A stretch of 64,000 nt of DNA, taken from assembly GCF_006345805.1 (NCBI RefSeq), contig NC_043001.1:66216001-66280000 (forward strand). Reading direction: 5' to 3'. Below, one piece after another: positions 52,812-64,000 of the stretch. The notes beneath the pieces are model-generated. The model had not been told where the DNA came from. It ran no database searches and was given only the letters and a program-made list of their open reading frames with translations. Made by a program: the position numbers and the translations under genes. Each line of letters starts with the position of its first letter. Position 1 is the stretch's first letter. This stretch comes from Octopus sinensis. Its lineage: Eukaryota.

Positions 52812-53700
52812 TATACTGTCCATGTTTCTTTATAATCTCTATAGAGACGCATGTTCTCTAAACATGCCCTAAAGAAGACAAGCCTTGTAGACCTTGAAAT
52901 GTTTGATTGCCAGATGTTTTGAAGATTGTAGCAGACGCACCAAGATCATTATTTGTGTATCAGTATGTCTTTATCGATGTTAGCAATGTAGAACACAAAG
53001 GACTTGAAATCACAGATCTCTTTGAGTTGTGCGCCATCGTTGGGACAAATTGATAAGTGGCCTTCATCCTTATTGAGGGATTTGTACTCAATCTTCTTTG
53101 CTTTGAGAAACAGATCGACTTTGGCTGCAGCATTCTCAAGAGATGTTAAGAAGTCCGGCTCATCACACAGTTGATGAGCTCTAATCATCAATATAGTCAT
53201 GGTAATAACAATACATTGTACTAACGACTTGATTATTTCTGCTTGATGATGAGATCTGTCTTGGGTGACACCATAACTTTGCCTTATTTGTCGTAGCAAA
53301 ATATTCACTACAATCATAAGGAGGAAAGAAGTAATGGTGTCTCTGGAAAATTCCTGCTATCGTTAGAAACTCTTAAGTTGAACCATCTGTACTTTGCACA
53401 AAGCTTCATGGGACTTCATACAAGATGGTGGTGACTCTGACAACTTCATCTGGGATATCATAGTTCACAAGATATGCAACATGGCTCTTCTGTTGTAATT
53501 ATCAAATGCTTTGGAGAAATCCACAAGTGCAATTGATGTATTTTGTATGAAGGTTCTAAAAGATCTACAGCAGTGTTGATCTGCCTTTGTGCAAGCCGTT
53601 TTGGTTCTGGGATCATTATAAGATGAAGTGGATTGCAGAGCAACTCAATTTCACATATTTCACAAACATAATCAATCGCTGGACTCTTCCGTTGATGAGA
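52812..53700 (-). mobile_element. Decayed RTE-like LINE reverse transcriptase fragment
   Basis: ALVDFSKAFD, YDIPDEVV, LENAAAKVDL and IWQSNISRSTRLVFFRACLENMRLY..ETWT across several frames. Confidence 0.75.
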
Positions 53701-54249
53701 AATCGCTCCAATACACCATGGCGTTTGAACCTTTTTAACTTTTTTAAACTTTTTTGTACTTTCTGCAATTGTCGATTCTCTCAATCCGCACTTTTTACCT
53801 TGCCTCCCTTTCCCTCCCTTTCTTTTTCCCTTTTGTCTTCTCTTCTCCCTTTCTTCCCCTTTCTCTCTGTTTCTTCCTGCTTTCTCCTTCTTTCTCTCCT
53901 TGTTTTTATCTTTTCTTCTCCTCCCACCTCTTGTATTTTTTTCTCCTCGCGCCTTTTGCATTTTTTCTCCTCGCGCCTTTTGCATTTTTCTCCCCACACC
54001 TTTTGAATTTTTCCTCCTCACGTCTTTATTTGCCTGTCTATCTCCCCACTTTTTAAAATTTTTCTCCTTTCTTTCTCTTTTCTTCTCGTTTTTCAATCAT
54101 GCTCGATTACAAACCTTTCCTCTTCCACCTTCACTACCGCCTAAAAACACCTTTCTACACTTCCTTTTCGCTGCTTTCAACTTTCTATTAACATTTCCCC
54201 ACTAGTTTTTAAAAAAACACGCTTCTCTAGCCACGTTTCCTTTATCAGT

Positions 54250-54845
54250 AGCTGCTTTTATCACCGCCTCATCTCTAAAGGTTTCCGCCTCCATTTTCAC
54301 CCCACTCTCCACTCTGCTTCGACCATCCTACCCATACTCTGTACTATATCCTACAGCCTTATGCATGCCACCATTCGTTCTAATGTCTCCAAGATACACA
54401 TCATCGACCGCCTTCTCCCACTTGCTTTTTCCATCTTCTTCTCTCAGTCGCCCTCCCATACTAACACTACTTTACGTTACATAATTCATTTAAATCATCT
54501 CTTTCATCAAGTTCTCGCTCACACCAAACAACGTAAACTCTACTCACTCCATTCCATCACATCCGATGCCACTATCCTAACTCTCCCTAACCCATCTCCC
54601 ACCCTCATACTCTCCCCACCCTCACCAACCCCCCGTCCCTCCAAACCACCCCACACATACCCTCCTTTCAAGCCTTCCACCCCCACCACCCCTCTTACTT
54701 CTATCCCATCCACCCCTTCTCCACTTCAGTCTGTTGTTACCATTCCTCCAGATCTTCCCCTCCTCAGTAGGGGTCTGCGCTTCATCCCCCTCACTCCATC
54801 CAGCAACGAATTTCGGACTCGTGCCGATATCCACAGCTGGTGCTA
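54250..54845 (+). mobile_element. PLE 5' ORF fragment
   Basis: VVTIPPDLPLLSRGLRFIP..NEFRTRADI matches the PLE LSKGLNF-type N-terminal motif. Confidence 0.65.
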
Positions 54846-55589
54846 AGGTGTAGGTACAGAAGGTGGTCAAACTCTGCATAAGGAGTAGACAACCACCATA
54901 TATTATATATGCATATATGTATATTTTATATGTATGTATATGTTTGTATATTATATATATGTATGCATATATCTGTATGTATGTATAATTTAATATATAT
55001 GTGTATGTGAGTGTGTATATGCACATATCATATGTATGTATATGTGTGTGTATATACATAAGTATATGTATGTCTGTCTGTATGCATATATGTATGCATG
55101 CATGCATGCATGTATGTATATCATTATTTCTTTGGCTTGAATCAAGAGAAAACCATGAACGTCGCAGCCACCACTTCTTTAATTCTAAAATTGTACTAGT
55201 AATTAGTATCTCTCTATAAAAGTAACTATTTTGTCGCTAGAGCGTATTTGTGTTTAGAGTTCTAATCCAGCCAAGTTCAACTTTACCTTTTATCCTTTTT
55301 ATCCTTTGAGGGTCGATAAAAAAGTACCAATCCAGAGCAGTGGATTGGTAAAACTTACAACGTCCTGTTAACTGCCCTGCAGTATTTGTTCCAGAGTTTT
55401 GCGTTCTGAGTTCAAATCCCACCACGGCTTTTACTTGGATAACAGACATAAATCCATCACCAATTCTAATTCTACCTCCTGGCATCTGAGCCTCTTTATT
55501 GGAGTCCACTTTGTTGCAAGCATCCATGCCAGGTTCCTGATGTAAAAACCTACTCACCCCCTATTCCCCAGTCCTGGATTTCTTTAAAG

Positions 55590-55923
55590 CAGGGATTCTC
55601 AACCATCTTTTTTTTTTTTACCTATGGACTCCTTTGCTTACTATTTTATTCTGGTGGACCCCACCTAACCGTTCGTTGTTTAAAAACTAGTTTTATACAA
55701 ACTTCTTTCAAAATTCCTATTTTGTCTTTCACCCGTGCATGTCGAACTATGTAAAATGTTACAGAAAGAAACCCAGCTTTTTCTTTCAATGCATACCAAT
55801 ACATACATCTAAAGCAAAGGTTTTTGTGGCCCTTAAAATACTATTGTGGATCCCCAGTTTACTATTTTGTTACCAGGACCACTACGCACCCCTAAATCGT
55901 ATATGGACCCTTGAAAACCACTG
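55590..55923. mobile_element. hAT-family MITE with 8-bp TSD
   Basis: Termini CAGGGATTCTCAACC ... TTGAAAACCACTG; CTTTAAAG duplicated at 55582-55589 and 55924-55931. Confidence 0.85.
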
Positions 55924-57614
55924 CTTTAAAGAATAGGATCATGGGCACTGCCTTCTACCCTGACTAAAAGATTTTAAAAAAACAGATTGTTTGATGTTGG
56001 AAAATATTTTTAGATACAGTTATAAATCAAATAAGATAACGTTTGTGATTTCTCAGTGACCCGACCATCGCTTTTTGCTCCCTTCGTCAATGTGTTTCTT
56101 TATTTTAGCAGGAAACATATTAAAGGCAACATATTTCCCTAATACAAAACGTTCTGTATATTTCTCTTTATTGAATGCAAACAGTAATAATGCGGAGGTG
56201 TTAAGTAGTTAATATTGAAACAATCCTTATGCTATTTTACTTGATCCAACCACTAAAACATACTTTCAAATTTAAATCCTACAATGACCGCCACTGATGT
56301 GCCCTGTATTTATTCTTGTGTTAATATTAATTTGCTGGCGTGTTCCACTCTGAACAAAATTACAATTTAATGTTATGAAAAACGAAAATTGCGCAGACTG
56401 CTTACATACATGTAAGCTAGCTAAGTGTGGTTATTCAATGAGCATTTTCAGCATAAGCAAAGTAGTATAAGACAACTGTCCGACAATGATAGCTAAAGTT
56501 CAGTACGACGATGAAAATTAACATGAACAATTCGCAGCTGAATATACTAAAATGCACAAAAGATTTTTACAAAAAGAAAAACAAGCACAGATAACAAAAT
56601 TAAGGATATTTAATTTTATGATCTCAAAGTAATACAGATCGTTTCTTACAAACAAGCAGATAGACAGAGAGTCAAAGAAAAATGAAAACCACAGATGTAG
56701 AGGCATTAAACAATACAAAATAAAGACATTAATAGCTACCAGCAATTCCAAAGTCACTCAGTTAACTGTCAATGTTCTACTGTCCGTCCCATTAAATAAC
56801 AACTGATAGCTTAAATACAGAGGACTGTTTACTCGGCAACCGGCCTGTATTTAACATTAGCAAAGTTAAAATTGTTTGTGATAATTATTTCCGTGAAGGC
56901 TCTATACTTTATAATGAGCATTTTGACATAATTTAACCGTTAGTACTAAAGGCTGTAATACATATAATGTTTGAAATTATAACACTTTTTAAGTGGGAGC
57001 AGCCTTTTTTTTTTTTTTTTAACTTTTGTGCATCTTTCAAAATCTAAATATATTTCATAGCATTGCTAAATGTTTTTGGCAGTTGGTACGTGCTTAAGTT
57101 AAATTGCATATTTTATTTCTAACATTGTCATTTGTCAAATGTGTACATACGAAACAGAGTGGATAGCATTGATCCCCAGTATATTACTGGCACTTTGTTT
57201 CTAAATACCACAAGGTACTTTTCTTCCAATACGCCGCCCTAAGAAAGGAAAATTACTGAACTCTTCTATTGGCACCTGGCTTTGCATTTATAAGAACAAA
57301 ACAGAAGCCGGAAGACAAGGCACAATAAAATACCATGACAACAAATAGACTATGGAGATAATGTTCAATTTAATAAAATCACTGCAGAGCCATTAACTGC
57401 TGGGTTAAAGTTCAGTCTTGGAGATTTTGACAACTAAAACCAAACACCCGCCCAAATTATTGGCTGCAGTTTTTAGGGGAAACGATGGGAATATTTTTTG
57501 TTTTTTAATTACAAGGTTTTAATTATCAGAAATATGAAGATATTAAACTTGGGTGGCTTAGAGCTCGAGTGATCTGAAGCAAATTGCGAAGAGGAGTTTT
57601 AGAGAAAATAGTTC

Positions 57615-59230
57615 TATATTTAAGAGATGAGGAATTATGTACATTATTTACAATTGACGGATATTTGTCCTCATCTTGTTTGTTGTTAACACGTTTCGGC
57701 TAACAAACCCTCCAGTCTTCATCTTGGGGAAATTTCGAACTTGGGTCATTTTTCAATATTGTTGCTATTATTATTATTAAGGTCACTGCCTGGAATCGAA
57801 CTCCGAATCTTGAGGTTAATAGCCCGCGCTCTTAACCACTACGCCATATGCAGGCAATTATGGAGTGAATTTTAGGGCTTATAAATCTAATATTCTCCTA
57901 TCCTTCCTTAATACCAGTTCCCATATACTGTTCATATCTGCACTCGGTCTGCATATGTGCTGCTTCTTTTAGTTTTCGTATCTTCCAGTGGTGTTCTCTT
58001 TTTATTATTTTAAGTTCATCCCAAGGTGATCTCCAATTTTCCATACATGATCAGCAATACCCGATTTATCAATATCTCCTCGTGTCACAGCTTAGCGATG
58101 TTCCTCTACCCTTATTTTGAGGGAGTGGCATGTTTCGCCTTTGTATAACCTACCACAGCTGCATAGGATGGAGTACATGCAGTTCTTAGTCATATTCTCT
58201 TCCATTGGTGGATATTTGCGAAGTATTGTATCACTTTTAAATACTGTCCTGATGTCATATGGGCTGCATATCTTTTGCATCTTTTTGGAGAGTCTTTTCA
58301 CATAGGGTAGACAGACTATGAACAGTTTATCGGTTCCATCCTCTCTTTTCTTCATAATTGGAGTAGAGAGTATAGAGAGTATGCTTTTGGGGTAGTTGTT
58401 GCTTAATAGATTGTTACTGAGCTTGATCATTTCTTCGTGGTGGGTATCACGATCGCTGCTTATATTCATTGTTCGATGTTTTAGGCACTGAGCAATCCCT
58501 CTCTTTACACTGTACGGATGGTGGGAGTTGAAGTTGAGGTATCGTCCAGTGAAGGTCGGCTCGCAGTATACGGGTGTCCTGAATCCACACTTGGCGCGTG
58601 TTATTAATACGTCCAGAAATGCTAGCTGATTGTCCTTTTGTTTTTCCATTGTGAACTGTATGGATGGCTTTATTGAGTTCACATGATCTAACAGCACTTG
58701 GACATCTTCCTAGTGGGGCCAAAGTATGAAGGTGTCATCAACATATCGCAGCCATAGGGTTGGTTCTAGTGGTGTTGATCCTAAATCCCCCTATTGAATC
58801 CAACCTGATAGGTGAGTCAAGATGTGATTAGTCTGTTCACCAAAGTCCCAACTGGTGAAGCACTATCGATGATTCAAGAAAAACTAGTGACAGTCACCCA
58901 TCTAAAAGAACGCACTAGTATACCAATAAGAAACTTGATGGAAATGTTGACCCTCTGTGTAGAAACTACACAGTATGGACACTGATGTATATCGACAAGC
59001 AGAGGGTTTAGCTATGGGTTCGCCATTATCACCTATACTAGCCAATATATACATAGAATACTTTGAGAATTTGGCTTTAGGATCAACACCACTAAAACTA
59101 ACCCTATGGCTGCGATATGTTGATGACACATTCATACTTTGGCCCCACCAGTAAGATGTCCAAGTGCTGTTAGATCATGTGAACTCAATAAAGCCATCCA
59201 TACAGTTCACAATGTAAATAATGTAAATAA
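57615..59230 (-). mobile_element. Poseidon-type PLE (same family as 13130-15400), 5'-truncated, with an inverted RT segment
   Basis: Minus arm 57615-58790 has LRYVDDT, the CMYSILCSCGRLYKGET GIY-YIG, the tRNA-like module and a hammerhead remnant. Plus arm 58820-59215 re-reads RT sequence in the opposite direction. Confidence 0.9.
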
Positions 59231-59559
59231 TGTGAGTTTTAGAGAATCTGACTGATGCATATTAGAAAGTCAGGTTGATTATCACAAGAAATAATATCAA
59301 GATGTTTTAGCGGTAATGGCTGTAGATAACGAAAGGAACTTCTTTTTGGGTAAATCTAGGATAAAAAACCCAACAAGGTCACACATTTGTCAGCGCTGTC
59401 AAGTGTGACCCTTGCCACGTCGAAAGAGCCTTCTTGGTCAGTTCGTTTGGCCCCCTTCTAGCGTGCATGATAATTCGTGTGTACTCATCACTAACTTCAG
59501 TGTCCAGCCACTTATATTGGACCTCACCAACACCATAAATTCCCTTTGACTAAAGGTCA

Positions 59560-60500
59560 CGATAGTAGCAGCAATAGAACTAAATGGGTGCGAAAGTACG
59601 TGGGATCAACTGAAGGCATCTTCAGAACCCACTGTAACATCACAATCCTGACCAAGCATGTATGATCGTTGAAAGAAAGCACCACCGAGTACAGCATAAA
59701 GTGGAAGATTCTAGAGAAATGTAAAGTATACTTCAAAGCAGCAGGAAGTGCAGATTATGCCTAGCTGGGAAAAGAGCGATATTAAAAAACACAAGAGCAC
59801 CCAGGCATCTGCCAGAACAACAAAGGTGAAGTTTTTAGTCCTTGCACACATGAAAAGAAGTACATCCTATCATATCTCCGTACCCCATCGTGACTATAAT
59901 CACCAGTCCTCCAGCTTCAGCCCTCCCTCCACCAATACCTGGGAATCCGGCAAAGAGCTTGGCCAGAATATATACAAATGCACACGCCCTGAAACGGTGG
60001 ACATCCACCCAACAGACCTTTTTCTACCGTCCCAATATAATCCCACACGCATATTGTACCCCAACATACACTGCATGCATTCACAAATGCTCCAAGAATT
60101 TAACCGAACATAAAAGAAAAGAACACACTAGCGAACACAGATGTATATGCCCCACACTCCGTAAAGACTATACATATAGTACCACTACACACAGTGCATT
60201 TCTATAACAATACCATAAACTCTTTTCCAGAAACTCTTGTTGATTTGCATCAACCACCCGCAGAGATGTTTTTTCTTTTTTTGGTTTCAAGGGACATAAC
60301 TCTTAACATAACCCTTACTCGGTTCGTTTCATCGTCTTTTTCACAGCAGCTACAAACCGGGTGTGTCTATCCACAAAAGAGAGCAGTCGCCATATTTCAT
60401 TCCATAATGGTTTTCTCTGAAGAGTGTAAGTGTACATAATCAGACTGTTACCAAACACTCCATTGAGACCCTAGTGCGAAACCGATTGGTAACATCGGCC
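59560..60500 (+). mobile_element. 3' fragment of a third PLE family (endonuclease C-terminus + 3' UTR + hammerhead-like motif)
   Basis: EYSIKWKILEKCKVY and FSPCTHEKKY resemble PLE EN C-termini. ~60040-60260 recurs, diverged, at ~63360-63600. Confidence 0.6.
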
Positions 60501-60539
60501 GTAATGTATATATACTACTGTATACTTCAAGATAAACAC

Positions 60540-60745
60540 ACACACACACACTCACACACGCACCCACGCACACGCACATATGTATGTAAGTATTTATGTA
60601 TGTATGTATGTATGTATGTATGTATGTATGTATGTATGTATGCATGTATGCATGTATGTATGCATGCGTGCATGTATGTATGTATGTATGTATGTATGTA
60701 TGTATGTATGTATGTATGTATGTATGTATGTATGTATGTATGTAT
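60540..60745. repeat. (CA)n/(TATG)n microsatellite
   Basis: Read directly. Confidence 0.95.
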
Positions 60746-61267
60746 TGAAGTATATATATATACTATCTATAACAACTATCTATCCTCTTTTCCAAATATA
60801 CACTGGTCAACACCTATAAAGAACGTATTTATAGGTGTTTACAGTGGGAAAAAACACACTTTCAGCTATTTTAAATAATATCTACCCCCTTACCTAATAG
60901 TATCTGCAATTTAATCTTTATCCTTACTTCCCATACCTCCTATTATTTCTTTCATCTTTTCTGTCCATCTATCATTTACTCTCTATTTGTTTCTACCTCC
61001 ATTTCTCCTTTAATTCTATTTCTCTCTTTCTCTCTTCTTTCTCTTCTTCTCTCGTCCTATGACGTCAAATTTCTTAACGGTATTTAAAATAATTACTAAC
61101 GTTCCCCATGCAACTTTGTCTTCCATATATGTATGTGTGGATGTATGTATGTATATGCATGAATATGTGTAGGTGTATATATGTATATATGTGTGTGTAT
61201 ATGTGCGTTTATGTATGTGGTGTGTGCGTGTGTGTGTGTGTCTGTATGTATATATATATAGATATAT

Positions 61268-61309
<42 letters not shown>

Positions 61310-61531
61310 TATTGTAGTTTCTTACATCTGTTAAAATGACTTGTTGATGAACACTATTATTTATATCCCCCTGGTGAGATTGATGCATTGTTCCACATTA
61401 TTCATCCTCTCGAATTTATTTTAATGCATCTATTGAAACATATGTCAGTGATGTTGTTAAATAACATCTTGGGCGTTTGTCCCTATTTTCTATTATTCTT
61501 TTATATGTGTGTGTGTGTGTATGTATATATA

Positions 61532-62791
61532 CAGGGGTTGGACAAAATAATGGAAACACCTCAAAATTTCAAACAAATTTATTCTAATATGGGGTAGGAC
61601 CGTCTTTGGCAGTAATTATAGTTTGAATTCTACGAAGTATGGACTCGTACGAAGTTTGAATTGTTTCCAAAGGGATTTTTGTCCTTTTTTCAACTAAAAC
61701 AGTCTCCAGTTATTGTAGTGATGATGGTAGAGGATATCGACTCCTTGCTTGGTTTTTCTAAAATGCACCATAACTGATCAATAATATTGAGATCTGGGGA
61801 CTGTGGTGACCAGATAAGATTTTCAACTTCACTAGAATGTTGCTCGAGCCATTCGGTAACAACTTTAGCTGTGTGAATTGGTGCATTATCATCCTGAAAG
61901 ATTACGTTTCCCTCTGGAAACAGTTCCGCAACCATAGGATGAATTTGATCGGATAAAATGCTTAAATATTCTTGACAATTAATTCTGCCATGAAGGAAAA
62001 CCATTGGGCTGGCGGATTTCCAAGATATAGCCTCACCAGATCATCACAAAGCCACCTCCATGTTTTACAGTTGGAAGAAGCCAGTCTGGGTCAAATGCTT
62101 CTTTTGGCTGTCTCCACACGTATACTCGGCCGGTAATCGGAATTAAGGTAACAGATGACTCGTCCGAGAAAATAGCATTCTTCCACTGCTCTAGGGACCA
62201 ATTCTGTATGGGACCAACTCTAAATGCTTTGTAACGTTTGTTTTTGAAAGTAGTGGTTTTGGTTTTCTGATTGCAGTCGTCCCGTGAAATACGGCTTTGT
62301 GCAGCTCCCGGCGGACAATTTTTGTGAAAACTAGGTTCTCGAGGTAGTCATTAAGATCTGCAATAATTTGGGGAGTTGTACTTTTTTGACCCTTTCTAAC
62401 AATTCGCGTAAGAGTCTGACAGTCCTTATCTGAAAGTTTTGGTTTTCTTCCGGAGTTTTGTTTCGACGAGGAGGTTTTTCCCTCTTTCTCAAAGGCTGTC
62501 ATTGCTTTCGAGACATTACTTCTTGGTACACCAAACATTTCGGATGTTTTCGTTACTCTAGCGCCTGCCATACAAGCACCAACAATCTGACCTCTTTGAA
62601 AGTCCGATAGATCTGTCATTTTAATGAATTTTAATTACCTTTTTCTGATGATATCTGAATAGAAACAGCAATTTTAGCAAAACATATTAAGCAACAAATC
62701 AAAGCACATAAAAATAAACAAGCTTTCGACGGTTTTATAAATATTTCAAAATTATGATGCTAGGTGTTTCCATTATTTTCTTCAACCCTTG
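61532..62791 (-). mobile_element. Tc1-family (DD34E-type) transposon, decayed transposase
   Basis: TIRs CA(G/A)GGGTTG..AAAATAATGGAAACACCT and a TA flank on the left. MTDLSDFQRGQIVG, SGRKPKLS, FQDDNAPIH and SPDLNIID motifs; frameshifted. Confidence 0.92.
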
Positions 62792-63819
62792 TGTATATAT
62801 TAAAACTAACAATGACGTCCATCTCTTTAATGTCACCCATGCGTGAGAAGCAAGTATATTCAATTTTCTCCTTTTAATCAAAGTTCAGGTGGTAACTACA
62901 GAGGATAATTTAAGGAAACGTAATGGATTACAGAATAATTTTAATTCCAGCTGTACCTTTAATAAATAGAATATTGATCAAGACGTCTGAAAAAAATATT
63001 CGGAAGATGTTCATATGTTGTATCCGTAATTCTTCTGTTAGTTCTGACCAATGAACTGCGATCATGATGGAATACCGACAACTGAAGTAGAACTATAAAT
63101 ACTTCCTTCTGTTATCAATTCCATTCCTGCTTTAGAACTTGGACTGGTCGAGGAAAGGGACGTCTACAATAAAGAGTTAAAATTATACGCTTCTAAGGAC
63201 AGAAAATCTCAGAATGTCAAACTTTGATTTGAATATATTAAACTACCTGAAAATTACTAGTATCAACCAGAGCTAATTACTTGGGGCATGCTACCATTGT
63301 GACAAAAAAATTGTTGAAAGAAAACTAAATAGAACAGTCACAAACGGACTGCTATCCTTCAATGACATATGGTGCCCCAACATACACAGCATGCATACAC
63401 AAATGTCCCAAGAATTTAACCAAACATAACAGAAAGAAAACTTGCGAACACAGACGTATATTTCCCTCACTTTCACCCCATAAACGCTATACATATAATA
63501 TCTCTACACAGTCCATTTCTACAAGAATACCAACCTTAATGATACACACATTTCCCAAATATTCTTTTCCAAAACATTCTTGCCGACTTGCAACAACCAC
63601 CACTATGGCTCATTTAATGACGCATATATGATGACTCTCCTATAATGACACGATGACTTCCTCTGATAATACATATATGATGACACTCCTTTAATGACAC
63701 GTATGATGACTCTCCAATAATGACATATAGTTGATGACTCTTCAAGTACTCTTTTAATGAGTATTGCTCATATATATTTGAAACAACTATGTCACATATA
63801 TGATATATATACACATACA

Positions 63820-63935
<116 letters not shown>

Positions 63936-64000
63936 CACTTTGATCACTTGACTGACCAGTCCGTCAGGCGTCCCATTTGACACCGCTGGTCACAGCACGC

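Noticed and set aside
52949-53317. 122-aa minus ORF with a downstream GTAAGT as a host exon
   Set aside because: It is explained by decayed RTE-like RT motifs across frames.
53458-54205. K/R/E-rich and F/L/S-rich ORFs
   Set aside because: Translations of a purine/pyrimidine-skewed low-complexity tract. The same applies to 23933-24216.
56812-56855. TTAAATACAG..CTGTATTTAA hairpin as miRNA/snoRNA
   Set aside because: The stem is only ~11 bp and no box motifs were recognised.

Overview
AT-rich, repeat-saturated animal DNA. The SINE families and microsatellite load look like an octopod cephalopod (Octopus-like); this is recognised from memory, not from a database search. No rRNA, true tRNA or CRISPR was found. 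There is one probable host gene: a lineage-specific secreted proprotein, with a large coding exon at 10047-11010 (+) and a phase-compatible candidate last exon at 29583-29851 across an ~18.6 kb TE-filled intron. The rest is mostly mobile DNA: Penelope-like elements (PLEs; one near-intact Neptune-type copy at 30307-35282, Poseidon-type copies at 12740-15400 and 57615-59230, and several fragments), a young Tx1/L1-clade LINE (23946-27398), Dong/R4-like and RTE-like LINE fragments, Tc1 and maT-type transposons, MITEs, a Helentron-type element, and many tRNA-derived SINEs. The most striking signal is invisible in the ORF track: about a dozen type I hammerhead ribozyme motifs from several unrelated sequence families. 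They sit in tandem or fold-back units of ~360-500 bp and in PLE ends, many have palindromic stem III, and two families carry the compensatory U3-A8 core. One PLE family also carries a tRNA-derived A/B-box module directly after its GIY-YIG ORF, followed in one copy by a hammerhead remnant. All folds were done by eye, and TE boundaries are approximate.
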